Shown: positions 9,954 through 20,050, counted from the whole stretch's first letter. The stretch is DNA of 63,906 nt, filler included, from Thermoplasmatota archaeon (GCA_041623215.1; 3 parts of 3 records of this genome joined end to end with filler, not necessarily neighbours in it); one strand, 5' to 3'. The notes: generated by a model not told the origin, from the letters alone. Numbers and translations are program-made.

Positions 9954-10417
9954 CAGGCACCGACCTCCTCGGGCAGGGCGCCTTCAGTCTTCATGTGGCT
10001 CACCATGTGGGCGCGGGAGCGGAATTGACCGCCCTTGGCGCGCATGTAGTATTCGCGGTAAGTCGAGCGGTCGATGGCGCCCGATTCGCGCAGCGTAGTC
10101 AGTTCGTTGCGAAGCGCACGGATGAGAGCCATCCAGCGCTCCTTGCGGGGCAGGCGGGCATACTTGGCACCCTTGCGGCTGCCAGGTCCAACGCGGCGAC
10201 CCTTGGCTTTCTGGGCATCCACGTGCCGGGCGCGGCCACGGCTTACACCTTGTACCTGCACCTTCTTGATGACGCCACCGTCAATGAGCCGGCGCACATC
10301 GGCGCGGGTCACGGCGGTAGCGACTTCTTCGCCACGGTAGGGGTCGATGCGAACGCGGCCCTTGCCGCACTTCATCAATTCGGCGGCCATGCGCTTCTGG
10401 GCGCGAAGGTCGGCCAT
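9953..10417 (-). CDS. rpl19e: 50S ribosomal protein eL19
   Basis: LRAQKRMAA..KCGKGRVRIDP, GPGSRKG, YMRAKGGQF. Confidence 0.96.
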   Translation of the reverse strand: MADLRAQKRMAAELMKCGKGRVRIDPYRGEEVATAVTRADVRRLIDGGVIKKVQVQGVSRGRARHVDAQKAKGRRVGPGSRKGAKYARLPRKERWMALIRALRNELTTLRESGAIDRSTYREYYMRAKGGQFRSRAHMVSHMKTEGALPEEVGA

Positions 10418-10418
10418 T

Positions 10419-10961
10419 TCAGGACCTCCTGTTCAGAACACGGATGCCAAGCTTGTCAGCGTGCGCTTCAATGGCGGCCGCCTTGCGGCCCCCGACGGTT
10501 CCACCCACACGGGCGGCTTGCGTCTTGGGGTCCATGCCTTCGAGGTCTTCGGGGCGGTAGACGAGCACGTCTTCGAAGCCGCTCGGGTGAAGATCGCGTG
10601 CTGCCGTGGGCCCCCGGAAGCCAATGGAGGCGACGTTGGGGCGGTACTTCAGGTGCATGCGCATCTTGGAGTGCATGCCACGGGGCTTGCGCCATCCGGC
10701 GTGCTTGCCACCGAGCTTCTTGTAGCGGAACCACTCCTGGCGGCGGAAGGCCGGGCGGACGTGGTTCTTGGCATTGCGGGCCTCCAGGGCCTCGGCCGTT
10801 TCGCCGTCCAGCTCAGGCTTCTGCTTGGGCAGCTTGGCCGGAGCGGGGGCCGACTTGACGGCTTGTTCTTGACCCTTGGCGGCGCCTTCGTCAGCCTTGG
10901 CGGCTGCGGCGGGCGCGTCCTTGACGGACTCTTGCGCAGGGGCGTTCGTTTCGTCACTCAT
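10419..10961 (-). CDS. rpl32e: 50S ribosomal protein eL32 with Ala/Lys/Glu-rich N-terminal extension
   Basis: [30 protein letters not shown]. Confidence 0.95.
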   Translation of the reverse strand: MSDETNAPAQESVKDAPAAAAKADEGAAKGQEQAVKSAPAPAKLPKQKPELDGETAEALEARNAKNHVRPAFRRQEWFRYKKLGGKHAGWRKPRGMHSKMRMHLKYRPNVASIGFRGPTAARDLHPSGFEDVLVYRPEDLEGMDPKTQAARVGGTVGGRKAAAIEAHADKLGIRVLNRRS

Positions 10962-11515
10962 GCAGTGGCTCCTTTGTTGGTGATGTAGATGCCATCCTGG
11001 AAGACCCGGATGTCACGGCCCTTCACGCGGGTGGCCAGTTCGATGTTGGCGGCAGTTTGACCGACTGCGTTGCGGTCAATGCCCTCCACGACAACCTCTT
11101 CGCCCTTGACCTGCACCTTAACGCCGGGCAGGATGGGGGCCACGCGGGGGTGCCGTTCGCCAAGGAAATTCTCGATGACGAAGTCGTCGCCCTTCACGGC
11201 CGCCTTAATGGGGAAGTGATTGTAGCAAATCTTCAGGTTGTACGTCCAGCCTTCGCTGACGCCCTGAATCATGTTGGTGATGTGGGACTTGTAGGTGCCA
11301 CAGATGGCTTTGTGCTCGCGGCGAGGCAGTTCCTTGTGGACTGAGACTTCGCCGTCCACAACGTCCACGCGGACACCGCGGAATCGGAAGCGGCGTTCCA
11401 ATTCGCCCTTGGGGCCCTTGATGACGGTGTGGTTCTCGTTGTTTTCGTGGTCGACCGTGACGGTGACGCCATCGGGGATGGGGATGCGGTGGTCGATTTC
11501 AGCTAGTACAGGCAT
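10958..11515 (-). CDS. rpl6: 50S ribosomal protein uL6
   Basis: [32 protein letters not shown]. Confidence 0.96.
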   Translation of the reverse strand: MPVLAEIDHRIPIPDGVTVTVDHENNENHTVIKGPKGELERRFRFRGVRVDVVDGEVSVHKELPRREHKAICGTYKSHITNMIQGVSEGWTYNLKICYNHFPIKAAVKGDDFVIENFLGERHPRVAPILPGVKVQVKGEEVVVEGIDRNAVGQTAANIELATRVKGRDIRVFQDGIYITNKGATA

Positions 11516-11526
11516 AATCGGACCTC

Positions 11527-11916
11527 CTAGTAGACGTAGGCGAGCAAGCGGCCGCCTACACCTCCCTCCTTAGCTTGGTACTGGTTCACGATGCCACCGG
11601 TCGTGCTCATGATGAGGTTCCCGAAGTCCCGGGCCGGCAGGAACCGGCTTTCGAAGTTCTCCAGGTCCGTCTTCTTCACGGCGTACCGGGGCTTGATGAC
11701 ACCACAGTTGTTGATGACGCCCTTGAGGCTCACGACGTACAGGCCGCCGCGGCCATCGTCTTGGTACTCGAAGGGACCAATGTAGCCGCTTTCCTGCATG
11801 ACCTTGAGCACGCGGCCGACAAGTCGGCTGGCGGGCGTGATGGTTGCTTCTTGCTTGCCTGCCTGCTCCGCGTTGCGGATGACAGTCAAGGCGTCTGCGA
11901 GAGGATCATTTTGCAT
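11527..11916 (-). CDS. rps8: 30S ribosomal protein uS8
   Basis: [26 protein letters not shown]. Confidence 0.96.
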   Translation of the reverse strand: MQNDPLADALTVIRNAEQAGKQEATITPASRLVGRVLKVMQESGYIGPFEYQDDGRGGLYVVSLKGVINNCGVIKPRYAVKKTDLENFESRFLPARDFGNLIMSTTGGIVNQYQAKEGGVGGRLLAYVY

Positions 11917-11927
11917 TTTTGTTCACC

Positions 11928-12089
11928 TCAGCTGTATTTCTTGAAACCCAAATCACGGGCGTTGTCGCGGAAGCACTGGCGGCACAGCCGGATGCCGTAG
12001 CGGCGTACCACGCCGCGGCGGCGCCCGCAGTTGCGGCAGCCTTCGATACGACCTTTGAAGATCGTGCGTTCTTTCAGGATTAGACTCAT
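11928..12089 (-). CDS. rps14: 30S ribosomal protein uS14 (Zn-binding; not in the ORF track)
   Basis: Translated by hand: [53 protein letters not shown]. Start overlaps the uL5 stop (TGATG). Confidence 0.95.
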   Translation of the reverse strand: MSLILKERTIFKGRIEGCRNCGRRRGVVRRYGIRLCRQCFRDNARDLGFKKYS

Positions 12090-12607
12090 CAGAGGACCTC
12101 CAGGTTGAATTTCTCGACGAGGAAAGCACGGGCTTCCTCGGGGGTAACGCGGTGGCGTCGGGGAACCTTGCGGGACAGCAAGCGGCGGTGCTTGATGCGG
12201 TGGCCGGGCTTTTCGAGCGTGATGGCGACATCCATGCCAAAGACACCGGTGTCGGGGTCGTAGCGCTCGCCTTCGAAGTCCGTGTGGTCCTTGACGCCGA
12301 ATTGCAGGTTGCCTTGGTTGTCGAAGGACCAGCCGAAGATCTTGCTGTGGCGCGTGTACAGCGCCCGGCGCACGAATTCTTCGGCGGTGGTACCGCGCAG
12401 GGTCGCCTTGCAGCCAATGGGCATGCCGGGGCGAACGCCTAGGTCGCGGTTGTTCATTTTACCGAAGGTCCGGCTGGGCTTTTGGCCCGTCAGCTTTTCG
12501 AGCGTCCGTTCGGCCTTCTCAAGCCGGTCGCCGCCTTCGCCGACGCCCATGTTGACCGTCACCTTGGCAATGCGCGGGAGCGTGTGAGGGTTGCCAGCTT
12601 CAGACAA
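12089..12607 (-). CDS. rpl5: 50S ribosomal protein uL5
   Basis: [36 protein letters not shown] start. Confidence 0.96.
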   Translation of the reverse strand: MSEAGNPHTLPRIAKVTVNMGVGEGGDRLEKAERTLEKLTGQKPSRTFGKMNNRDLGVRPGMPIGCKATLRGTTAEEFVRRALYTRHSKIFGWSFDNQGNLQFGVKDHTDFEGERYDPDTGVFGMDVAITLEKPGHRIKHRRLLSRKVPRRHRVTPEEARAFLVEKFNLEVL

Positions 12608-13319
12608 TGCGCGTCACCTCCACCTTAGGGAGGTTGTCCTTGTCACCGAAGGGGAAGGCGTAGGCCTTGATGGTGGTGAAGGTGGCGTCACCCTCAGCTA
12701 GGTGCACAAGGTTGGGCTTGTGGCTGCGGGTCATTTCAACCGACTTGACATCGGCGACTTGACCAGCGTGCTGGCCACCGGTGACGAACACCTTGTTGCC
12801 TTCGCCAATTGGGAAATGACCGAGAATCTTCTGGCTGGGCAGTTCTAGCTTCAAGACATCGCCGGTCTTGTAATCGTCCTTCTTGACAATGACATTGCGG
12901 CCGTCGTGCAGGTTGAGCTGGGTGCGACCACCGCGAATGGTGGTCTTGTTGTCAACTTGCGCCAGCTTCCATTCGGCTTGCTTGTTGGGCACTTCGACAA
13001 AGCGGAGACGAGCCTTGTCGTCGAGAACAGCGCGCCAGGCCTTGCCGAGCTTAGGGATGCTAATGACGTCCATGAAGCCGACAGCGAACTTGCCGTCCTT
13101 CACGACGCGGTTGTCGACCATGATGTCGCCGGCACCGGCCGCGCGGCGTGCTTCCCGGTTCGTCGCGGCGACGCCCAAGTAGTCACGGAGAACCGTGGAC
13201 AAAGGCAGCGCGCGCTCGAGGCGGTGGGCACCGGGTGCGGGCTTGGTGGTGTAGACGTTGGTCTTGCGGGGAATGGTCCAGGACCGGGGGGTCGCCAGAC
13301 GCTTCAAGTGGTGGCTCAT
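12600..13319 (-). CDS. rps4e: 30S ribosomal protein eS4
   Basis: HLKRLATPRSW, VGFMDVI, QLNLHDGRN, VTGGQHAG. Confidence 0.96.
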   Translation of the reverse strand: MSHHLKRLATPRSWTIPRKTNVYTTKPAPGAHRLERALPLSTVLRDYLGVAATNREARRAAGAGDIMVDNRVVKDGKFAVGFMDVISIPKLGKAWRAVLDDKARLRFVEVPNKQAEWKLAQVDNKTTIRGGRTQLNLHDGRNVIVKKDDYKTGDVLKLELPSQKILGHFPIGEGNKVFVTGGQHAGQVADVKSVEMTRSHKPNLVHLAEGDATFTTIKAYAFPFGDKDNLPKVEVTRIV

Positions 13320-13678
13320 TCGCTCTCCTCCGTTCCGAGTTTGTCGCGACGGCGTTGGTCCTCAAGGTTGAGGCGAACGACGACGCAGTTGGACGGGTCC
13401 ACGGGCAGCTCGACGTCGGTGCCGTCAGCCTTCTTGTGGGTAATGCCGTCAATGATGATCTTGCGTGCCTTGGTGTCCACGCGGGCCACTTTACCGGACT
13501 TGCCGGCGTGGTCGCCACGCGTCAACTTGACTTCATCGCCCGTCACGACGGGGACGCTGCGGCGGTTGTACTTCAGCAGCAGTTCTTCGCCAAGGTGGGC
13601 GGAGATTTGCTTGCGGCGAATGTGCAGGGGGGCCGTGTAGAGGGCCTTGCGTTGCTTTCGGGGTTGCTTGCTGACCAT
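13316..13678 (-). CDS. rpl24: 50S ribosomal protein uL24
   Basis: SKQPRKQRKALYTAPLH, GDEVKLTRGD, VDPSN. Confidence 0.96.
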   Translation of the reverse strand: MVSKQPRKQRKALYTAPLHIRRKQISAHLGEELLLKYNRRSVPVVTGDEVKLTRGDHAGKSGKVARVDTKARKIIIDGITHKKADGTDVELPVDPSNCVVVRLNLEDQRRRDKLGTEESE

Positions 13679-13688
13679 GAGATGCACC

Positions 13689-14090
13689 TCAAACGATGGT
13701 GTTGGCGGTGGCGCTCACACGCGGCCACCGGGCGGCTGCTTCCCGGGCCACGGGGCCCTTGATCTGACTCCCCTTGACTTCACCGTCTTGGGGGTTGATG
13801 ATGACACAGGCATTGTCTTCGAAGACCACCGTGGTGCCATCGGCGCGCTTGAAGGGGCGCTTCTGACGAATGATGACCGCTTCCAAAAGTTGGCGGCGCA
13901 TCTCGGGGGTGCCCTTCTTGACGGTGACCTTGATGAGGTCGCCGACGCCCGCCGCCGGGTAGCGGCGGTGGGTCAAGCCGAGTTTGGGGACAGTGATGAT
14001 TTCAACAATCTTGGCGCCGGTGTTATCGACGCAGTCGAGGCGGGCACCGGTGGGCAAGCCACGGGTGACGCTGCCGGGAATGCCACGCAT
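13689..14090 (-). CDS. rpl14: 50S ribosomal protein uL14
   Basis: [30 protein letters not shown]. Confidence 0.96.
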   Translation of the reverse strand: MRGIPGSVTRGLPTGARLDCVDNTGAKIVEIITVPKLGLTHRRYPAAGVGDLIKVTVKKGTPEMRRQLLEAVIIRQKRPFKRADGTTVVFEDNACVIINPQDGEVKGSQIKGPVAREAAARWPRVSATANTIV

Positions 14091-14443
14091 CAGGCCTCAC
14101 CAGCCGAATCGGAGCGGTTCTCAACGACCACGAACTTGATGGTCTTGCTGATGGGGCGGCACTCAGCGATGAGGACTTCATCGCCGACGGTAACGTCGAT
14201 GTTGCTCGGGACGTGAGCTGCGTACCGGTTGGTACGCTTCTCGATGCGCTCGTACTTGGGCACCATGCGGCTGTGCTGTTTCTGCACCACCACGGTGCCC
14301 TGCATCTTGTCACTCACGACGTTGCCGACGATGGTCACGCCACGCACGGGCAAACTGCCATTGAAGGGGTTCAGGACATCGCCGGGCGCAGGCTCACGGG
14401 GTGGCGCACGCACGTCGATGCCGATGTCTCGGACTGCTGTCAT
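14090..14443 (-). CDS. rps17: 30S ribosomal protein uS17
   Basis: [27 protein letters not shown]. Confidence 0.95.
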   Translation of the reverse strand: MTAVRDIGIDVRAPPREPAPGDVLNPFNGSLPVRGVTIVGNVVSDKMQGTVVVQKQHSRMVPKYERIEKRTNRYAAHVPSNIDVTVGDEVLIAECRPISKTIKFVVVENRSDSAGEA

Positions 14444-14616
14444 TGCGGTTGTCTCCTAGAAGTGGGACAGGGGTAAGCGGGAGACAGCTTGTCCCTGTCC
14501 TTTGCACCCCGTGGTAACGTCGTGGGGTGCGACCCGGTCAAGCCGGGCACGGTGCTCCCGGTGCCAGACGGCATCAGGAGTGGGTAGTGCGGGCGACGAG
14601 TGCCCACATATAAGCG
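14444..14616 (-). promoter_or_regulatory. Internal promoter (CGCTTATATG, 14607-14616) and structured 5' leader of the uS17-uL15 unit
   Basis: TATA-like box, four hairpins (14546-14565, 14533-14547, 14504-14530, 14465-14500) and SD AGGAGA at 14452-14457. Confidence 0.6.
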
Positions 14617-14652
14617 TGGTGGCGACTGGCGGTACACCACCAGCCAAAGCAA

Positions 14653-14970
14653 CTACCGCACTTTCTTGGTCCGGTCTTCGCTGCGAAACTGAATCGCCCG
14701 GCCATCAATCTCGGTGGCCGCCTGCCCATCGCCGCCATCGGCGGCCGGGAAAGAGAAGGTGGATCCTGCCTTGGGCACCTGAATGCGCCTTGCACCTGGC
14801 GCTCCTGCCACGCGAACGGTCAATGTGTGCAAACTTTCGTCGATGATGTCGCCCGTGAGGCCGACCAGTCCGGCGTCGTTGGCTGCACTCACCGTGACCG
14901 AGCGGCCAATCAGTTCGCCGCGGGCCGCTTCTTTGGCGGCTCCTTTGAGGCGCGGGACGGTCCGTTTCAC
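14653..14970 (-). CDS. rnp1: Ribonuclease P protein component 1 (Rpp29/Pop4)
   Basis: ELIGRSVTV...GLTGDIIDES...VPKAGSTFSF...R.EDR. GGAGG SD before GTG at 14970; canonical position between SUI1 and uS17. Confidence 0.9.
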   Translation of the reverse strand: MKRTVPRLKGAAKEAARGELIGRSVTVSAANDAGLVGLTGDIIDESLHTLTVRVAGAPGARRIQVPKAGSTFSFPAADGGDGQAATEIDGRAIQFRSEDRTKKVR

Positions 14971-15016
14971 GGTTGTCCTCCAAAAGGGGGTGAAGGGAAA
15001 AGGGGGGCCAAGCTGG

Positions 15017-15313
15017 CTAATCGATGCGGCCGCTGAAGCCGAGTTCTTCCAGGGTTGCCTGCACCTTCTTGGCGTGGTCTCCCTGGAGTTCGATGTTGCC
15101 TTCCTTGATGGTGCCGCCGCAGGCGCAGCGACCCTTGAGCTTGGTGAGGAGTCCGTGCACGTCGATGTTGCCGTCGGTGATGCCCTCAACGATGGTCATC
15201 TTCTTGCCGTAGCGGCGGGTATCGACGAGGATGCGAATCTCCTCTTGCTCACGTGCGATGTCTTCGCAGACGCAGATTTCGTCTGGCAGGCCACAGGTAA
15301 CGCAGATGCTCAT
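15017..15313 (-). CDS. sui1: Translation initiation factor SUI1 / aIF1
   Basis: CVTCGLPDEICVC, RRYGK, CACGGT, IELQGDH. Confidence 0.95.
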   Translation of the reverse strand: MSICVTCGLPDEICVCEDIAREQEEIRILVDTRRYGKKMTIVEGITDGNIDVHGLLTKLKGRCACGGTIKEGNIELQGDHAKKVQATLEELGFSGRID

Positions 15314-15516
15314 TGGGCCAACTCGTCCTCACGGTTGATGGTGAGGATGCGGGCAATCTGGCGCCGGATGGTGCGGATCTTCCCCGGGTTGGGGCTGGAG
15401 CCGCCCATAGCATGGACGCCGCGTTCCTGCATGAGTTCCTGCCGAAGTTCGGCTAGGCGTTCCATGCGGGCCTCGTGGGGCAGTTCGCGGATTTCAGCGG
15501 TCTTGAGCATCGCCAT
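15310..15516 (-). CDS. rpl29: 50S ribosomal protein uL29
   Basis: NPGKIRTIRRQIARILT. Confidence 0.95.
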   Translation of the reverse strand: MAMLKTAEIRELPHEARMERLAELRQELMQERGVHAMGGSSPNPGKIRTIRRQIARILTINREDELAQ

Positions 15517-16358
15517 TAGCTATCGCCTCCGACCGTGAAGGATTTTCGCTCGCGGCGGCCGGCGCCAGTGGCATCGGCTTCCGGCTTGGCATCGCCTTCT
15601 GCGGCAGCCGCAGGGGCGTCGGCGGGAGCGTCGGCCTTGGCTTCCTTGGTCGCCTCGTCAGCCTTGGCTTCGGGGGCTTCCTGGACCGTTTCGACACCGG
15701 CTGCAGCGGCAGCGGCCTTGGCGGCCTTGGCAGCCTCAAGTGCGGCCTTTTCGCCGGGTGCGTACACGGTGACGTTGTCCGGGAGGACCGCGTCTTGGCG
15801 CATGATGAGTACGCGGCAGCCAATGCTGCCGAGCTTTTTCTTGGCCTGAGCGTAGCCTGCATCCATCAGTTCCGTGGCAGTTTCGCCACAGTACTTGATG
15901 TGACCAGCGATGAATTTCTCGCGGCGCTTGCGTTGCCCGGTTAGCTTACCAGCAATCTCAATGATGCAGCCTTGGGCACCGGCACTCATGATGCGCTGGA
16001 CGGTGCTGTGGCCGACGCGGCCAAAGTGCCAGCCGCGTTCGAGACTCTCGGCGACCTTGAAGGCCATGATTTGCGCGTTCAGAGCAGGGTTGCCCTTGGG
16101 CTCTTCGACGCCAACCTGGGGGTTGTCCAGGGTGTCGGCGAACTTCGTTCCAAGGTCCGCAGTCAACTGGTTGATGGTGCTGCCACGGCGGCCAATGACC
16201 ATACCGGGGCGCTCCGCAATGATGTTGACGCGGGTGCCAAGGGGCGTGCGTTGGATGTCCAACCCACCGAAGCCGGCGCGGCTGGTTTCCTTTTGCACGA
16301 AGTCCTTCACCAACAAGCGGTTGACGGCTTCATTCACGAATTTGCGTTCGACGGCCAT
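15516..16358 (-). CDS. rps3: 30S ribosomal protein uS3 with Ala/Glu-rich C-terminal tail
   Basis: RTPLGTRV, RPGMVIGRRG, GAQGC.I.IAGKL. Start at MAVERKFV. Confidence 0.95.
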   Translation of the reverse strand: MAVERKFVNEAVNRLLVKDFVQKETSRAGFGGLDIQRTPLGTRVNIIAERPGMVIGRRGSTINQLTADLGTKFADTLDNPQVGVEEPKGNPALNAQIMAFKVAESLERGWHFGRVGHSTVQRIMSAGAQGCIIEIAGKLTGQRKRREKFIAGHIKYCGETATELMDAGYAQAKKKLGSIGCRVLIMRQDAVLPDNVTVYAPGEKAALEAAKAAKAAAAAAGVETVQEAPEAKADEATKEAKADAPADAPAAAAEGDAKPEADATGAGRRERKSFTVGGDS

Positions 16359-16359
16359 G

Positions 16360-16827
16360 TCAGGCTTCCTCCTCGATTTGGGTAACGATGACCTCAAAGT
16401 TGCAGAGGCGATCGAAGTGGGGCGTTGCGCGGCCCTGAGCGCGAGGCGTGTAGCCCTTGATGACGGTGCCCTGGTAGGCACTAGCGTGCGTGATAACCAG
16501 GAGGTCCTTGTCCAGGCCCTTGTATTCCGCGTTGGCTTCGGCGGACTCCAGCACCTTCAGGAAGTGCTTGGCCGTCTTGACCGGCCACTTGCCGGGGCCG
16601 TTGCCGGCACCCTTGCGGTGGGCGATCTTGCGCTTGCGGACGACAAAGGGAACGTGTGCCTTGAGCTCGGTCACGTCGGCCAAGTAGTCCTTGGCGCGGG
16701 AGACCGGCATGCCCTTGATGGCACGGGCGACGTTGCGCCCGCTCTTGGGGGAGACAGGCAAGTCGCGGCCGTAGGCCCGCGCCGTGGTGGCGGGGTCGGA
16801 TACAGTGGAGTAATGGGTCATTGTCAT
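16360..16827 (-). CDS. rpl22: 50S ribosomal protein uL22
   Basis: GKWPVK, AEANAEYKGLD, PRAQGRATP. Confidence 0.95.
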   Translation of the reverse strand: MTMTHYSTVSDPATTARAYGRDLPVSPKSGRNVARAIKGMPVSRAKDYLADVTELKAHVPFVVRKRKIAHRKGAGNGPGKWPVKTAKHFLKVLESAEANAEYKGLDKDLLVITHASAYQGTVIKGYTPRAQGRATPHFDRLCNFEVIVTQIEEEA

Positions 16828-16837
16828 GCTTCTTACC

Positions 16838-17302
16838 TCACTTCAGGGGCACGTGCTTGCTGCTGCGGGTCGCACCCACACCGACACCTGTGTGTGCACA
16901 GACGCGGGTGGGCGGGGCGAATTCACCAAGGCGGTGGCCAATCATTTCGGGTTGGATTTCGATGTCCTGGAACTCGCGGCCATTGTACACGGACACGGTC
17001 TTGCCAACGAAGCGGGGCAGGATGGCTAGGTGCCGGTAGTGGGTCCGGACCGCTTGGCCTTCCTTGGCTTCCGCGACGCGGGCCAGGAACTTCTTCTCCG
17101 GCGCTTTCACACCGCGAGCGTAGCTGCGGCGAATCTTGCTGGGGAGCAGACCGAGTAGGTCATCGAGCTCGAGCGATTGTAGTTCCTCCAGGGTCTTGCC
17201 CCGGTAGGTGAACTCCTTCTTCTGGCGCGTCTCAATGACGGCCTTTGCCTTGCGTTGGCGCCGGCGGGCGGCACCAGGGTTGCTGAATTGTTTCTTTGCC
17301 AT
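16838..17302 (-). CDS. rps19: 30S ribosomal protein uS19
   Basis: [34 protein letters not shown]. Confidence 0.96.
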   Translation of the reverse strand: MAKKQFSNPGAARRRQRKAKAVIETRQKKEFTYRGKTLEELQSLELDDLLGLLPSKIRRSYARGVKAPEKKFLARVAEAKEGQAVRTHYRHLAILPRFVGKTVSVYNGREFQDIEIQPEMIGHRLGEFAPPTRVCAHTGVGVGATRSSKHVPLK

Positions 17303-17308
17303 CTGGTA

Positions 17309-18013
17309 TCACCTCTTACCGGTCCGCTTGGGAGCGATTTTACCGACCTTGCGGCCAGGGGGCGTTCCCCGGGCGACCGAAGTCTTGCCGGGCGTGTAGT
17401 TGTGGGCGCCACCGCCGTGGGGGTGGTCCACGGGGTTCATGGCGACACCGCGGACGCGGGGCCAGCGTTGGGCTCGCGTCTTCATCAGGTGGTGCTTCTT
17501 ACCGGCCTTCAGGAACGGTTTGTCGCCGCGACCGCCGCCTGCCACCACGCCAATGGTGGCGCGGCATTCGGGGTGGAAGTTGCGGAACTTGCCAGAAGGC
17601 AGGCGAACCACGGTGCGCTTGGCATCGTGGCTGACGATTTCGGCTTGGTTGCCGGCCGCCTTCACCATTTTGCCACCGTCGCCGGGTTGAATCTCCAGGT
17701 TGAAGACCGGAGTACCCTCGGGAATCTTGGACAGAATGGTGACGTTGCCCGGCTTGACCTGCGTTGTGCGGGTCCAGGTCACGTCTTGGCCAACGACAAC
17801 GCCTTCGGGGGCGATTTGTCGCGTCTCGGTGCCATCGTCGAACTTGAGGTCCATGATGACCGCGGTGCGGCCGGTGGCGTGCCGGATGCCGGTCACGGTG
17901 GCAGTGCCTTCGAGGCCGCGCGGGTAGGTCACATCGCCCTGGTGCTTGTGACTGGGCGAAGTGAGACGCGGCGCGCCTGCACCACGGCGGCGGGAGATAA
18001 TGCGCTTGCCCAT
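17309..18013 (-). CDS. rpl2: 50S ribosomal protein uL2
   Basis: WPRVRGVAMNPVDHPHGGG, PPGRKVG. Confidence 0.97.
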   Translation of the reverse strand: MGKRIISRRRGAGAPRLTSPSHKHQGDVTYPRGLEGTATVTGIRHATGRTAVIMDLKFDDGTETRQIAPEGVVVGQDVTWTRTTQVKPGNVTILSKIPEGTPVFNLEIQPGDGGKMVKAAGNQAEIVSHDAKRTVVRLPSGKFRNFHPECRATIGVVAGGGRGDKPFLKAGKKHHLMKTRAQRWPRVRGVAMNPVDHPHGGGAHNYTPGKTSVARGTPPGRKVGKIAPKRTGKR

Positions 18014-18282
18014 CAGAACACCCCGATGCGCATGCCGATATCTTCGGCCGTCGTTTCGCCGCCGAATTTGACGACAGCGCGCTTGCCTTGTTTGGTGATC
18101 CGGGTGTTCACGGTGTCCACTTCACATTCGAACAGGAGTTCGATGGCGGCCTTAATCTCCGGCTTGGTTGCGCTGCGGCGCACCAAGAACTCGAGAGAGT
18201 TGTTGCCGTCCATGAGGCTCATGGTTTTCTCCGTCACGACGGGGTGGAAGACCACGGCGTGCACACGTTCCATGGCGCTCAT
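18013..18282 (-). CDS. rpl23: 50S ribosomal protein uL23
   Basis: PVVTEK, ATKPEIK.AIE.LF, GKRAVVK. Confidence 0.95.
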   Translation of the reverse strand: MSAMERVHAVVFHPVVTEKTMSLMDGNNSLEFLVRRSATKPEIKAAIELLFECEVDTVNTRITKQGKRAVVKFGGETTAEDIGMRIGVF

Positions 18283-19037
18283 TGGTACGCCTCCTTGATG
18301 GCGTCGAGGGCGCCAGCCGTGAAGACGGTGAGGCGACCCACGTCGCCGCCGGGGGCGAGGTGTTCAGCACCGAGATTGCGGGCGCTGACCACGTCGCAGC
18401 CAAGCAGGTTGGCAGCGGCCGGGAACTTGCCGTCGGTTGTAACGAACAGAACCGACTTCGGCGTCTTGTAGCGGCGGCCACGAAGCTTACCCTTACCGGC
18501 GCGGATGTGGCGGCCGGCTTCGGCGCGAGCCAAGTCTTCGCCGAGGCCCATCTTTTCGAGGGCGGCGACGAGGTCCTTGGTCTTCTCGATGCTGGCCACT
18601 TCGTCATCAACGACGACCGGGTAGCCGGGCAAATCTACGCGGTGACCGCGGGCAGCCACGCTAGCTCCATCGGCCGTAGCGGCCAAGGCGCTGGCGATGG
18701 CCAAGCGGCGTTCGCCGTCGTTGATCTTCAGCGTGAAGCTGCGGCGGGCCTGCGGGGGGTGAGCGCGGCGGCCGCCAACGACGTTGGGGGCCAGAGCGGC
18801 GTTGCGGCCCTGCGTCAAGCGGGGCACACGACTGGCGCCGCGTCCTTTTCCGATGCTGCGGGTTGCGTGGCGTTCACCAGCAACCGGGTTGGCACCGTAG
18901 CGTTGGCGCTTGTTGGCGCGCGCGACCTTGACGGCCTTGCGCACGAGGTCGGTGCGCACGGGCGTAGCGAACACTCCGGGGAGGTCCACTTCGCCGTTGG
19001 CGTCACCGGTCTTGTTGTAGAGATTGACCTTGCTCAT
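18279..19037 (-). CDS. rpl4: 50S ribosomal protein uL4
   Basis: GRGASRVPR, GGRRAHPP, RAGKGKLRGRRY, LAPGGDVGRLT. Confidence 0.96.
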   Translation of the reverse strand: MSKVNLYNKTGDANGEVDLPGVFATPVRTDLVRKAVKVARANKRQRYGANPVAGERHATRSIGKGRGASRVPRLTQGRNAALAPNVVGGRRAHPPQARRSFTLKINDGERRLAIASALAATADGASVAARGHRVDLPGYPVVVDDEVASIEKTKDLVAALEKMGLGEDLARAEAGRHIRAGKGKLRGRRYKTPKSVLFVTTDGKFPAAANLLGCDVVSARNLGAEHLAPGGDVGRLTVFTAGALDAIKEAYQ

Positions 19038-19039
19038 GG

Positions 19040-20050
19040 TTAGGCCCCCTGCTTGCTCTCGGTGGAGACATACGTGATGTTCGGCTCGGCGACTTCGATG
19101 CCACGCGTGTAGCGGACGGCGTCGCGGAACTTCAACAGGCGCTTGGCGGGGCCGGGCAGGCTTCCGTGTACCATGAGGTACGTGTTGCGGACTTCACCGT
19201 AGTGCTGGAAGCCGCCCTTGGGGGTGATTTCCTGGCCTTCAGCGGCGGGGTCGCCAATGCGCAGAATGCGCTTGTTGTATTCGGTGCGGTGGTGGTAGCC
19301 ACGTTGACCGTCGTTGGGTACCGTGGACTGAACCCAGTGGGGGTTCCAGGAACCTTGGGTACCAATCATGCGGCGGTGCTTCGAGTTCTTGTGGGTCAGC
19401 AGCTTGGTGCCGAAACGAACGACACGGCTCTCGAACCCGTAACCCTTGGTGATGCCCTGGACATCGGTCATTTGACCGCTCTTGAGGACGTCCGCAGCTT
19501 CCACTTGCTTGCCAAGGAGGTCCTTGGCGTAGGCGATGCGGTCGGCGACGGCACCGCCGCCGACGCGGATTTCCATGACTTCGGGAGTCTTGGAGGCCAC
19601 GCCGGACACGGCACCGGGGGCCGTGCAGACGAGGACGCGGACATCGGTCACGTCCGCTTCGTCCATGAGGGCCCACTTGGCGTCAGCGTCCTGCTTCTTG
19701 GGCAGAGGCAGGCGTTGGCCGAGGCGGTCGGGGAGGTTGCTGCCCCAGACTTCCGTCAGGGTGCGTTCGCCGTACGGTGTGTTTTCGTAGGCGCGCACCG
19801 CAACGACCGTCATGGGCGGAGCCTCGACGATGGTTACGGGCATAAGGACCTCCTCGCCGCTGGTGCGGGAGTTGGGGCGGTAATCAACTGCAAGGGCATG
19901 CGTCATGCCGGCCTTGTAGCCGGCGAAGCCTTGCAGTTTCGGCTGACCTTCATCTTCGGCCCAGGCGTGCGTGTGGGGCACTTGCGAGCGTGCCCGCTTG
20001 CGGGGGTAGAACCCCATGCTGCCGCGCCGTGGGTGGTGGTTACTTGCCAA
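19040..20050 (-). CDS. rpl3: 50S ribosomal protein uL3
   Basis: PRRGSMGFYPRKRA, FAGYKAGMTH, GYHHRTEYNKR, PGPAKRL. TTG start at 20050 after AGGAGG. Confidence 0.96.
   Translation of the reverse strand: MASNHHPRRGSMGFYPRKRARSQVPHTHAWAEDEGQPKLQGFAGYKAGMTHALAVDYRPNSRTSGEEVLMPVTIVEAPPMTVVAVRAYENTPYGERTLTEVWGSNLPDRLGQRLPLPKKQDADAKWALMDEADVTDVRVLVCTAPGAVSGVASKTPEVMEIRVGGGAVADRIAYAKDLLGKQVEAADVLKSGQMTDVQGITKGYGFESRVVRFGTKLLTHKNSKHRRMIGTQGSWNPHWVQSTVPNDGQRGYHHRTEYNKRILRIGDPAAEGQEITPKGGFQHYGEVRNTYLMVHGSLPGPAKRLLKFRDAVRYTRGIEVAEPNITYVSTESKQGA

Noticed and set aside
14440..14652. Short ORFs (63-114 aa) in the rnp1-uS17 spacer
   Set aside because: No SD or protein-like features; the TATA box and hairpins explain the region better. 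Too short and lacking the P4 motifs for RNase P RNA, and not tRNA-like.
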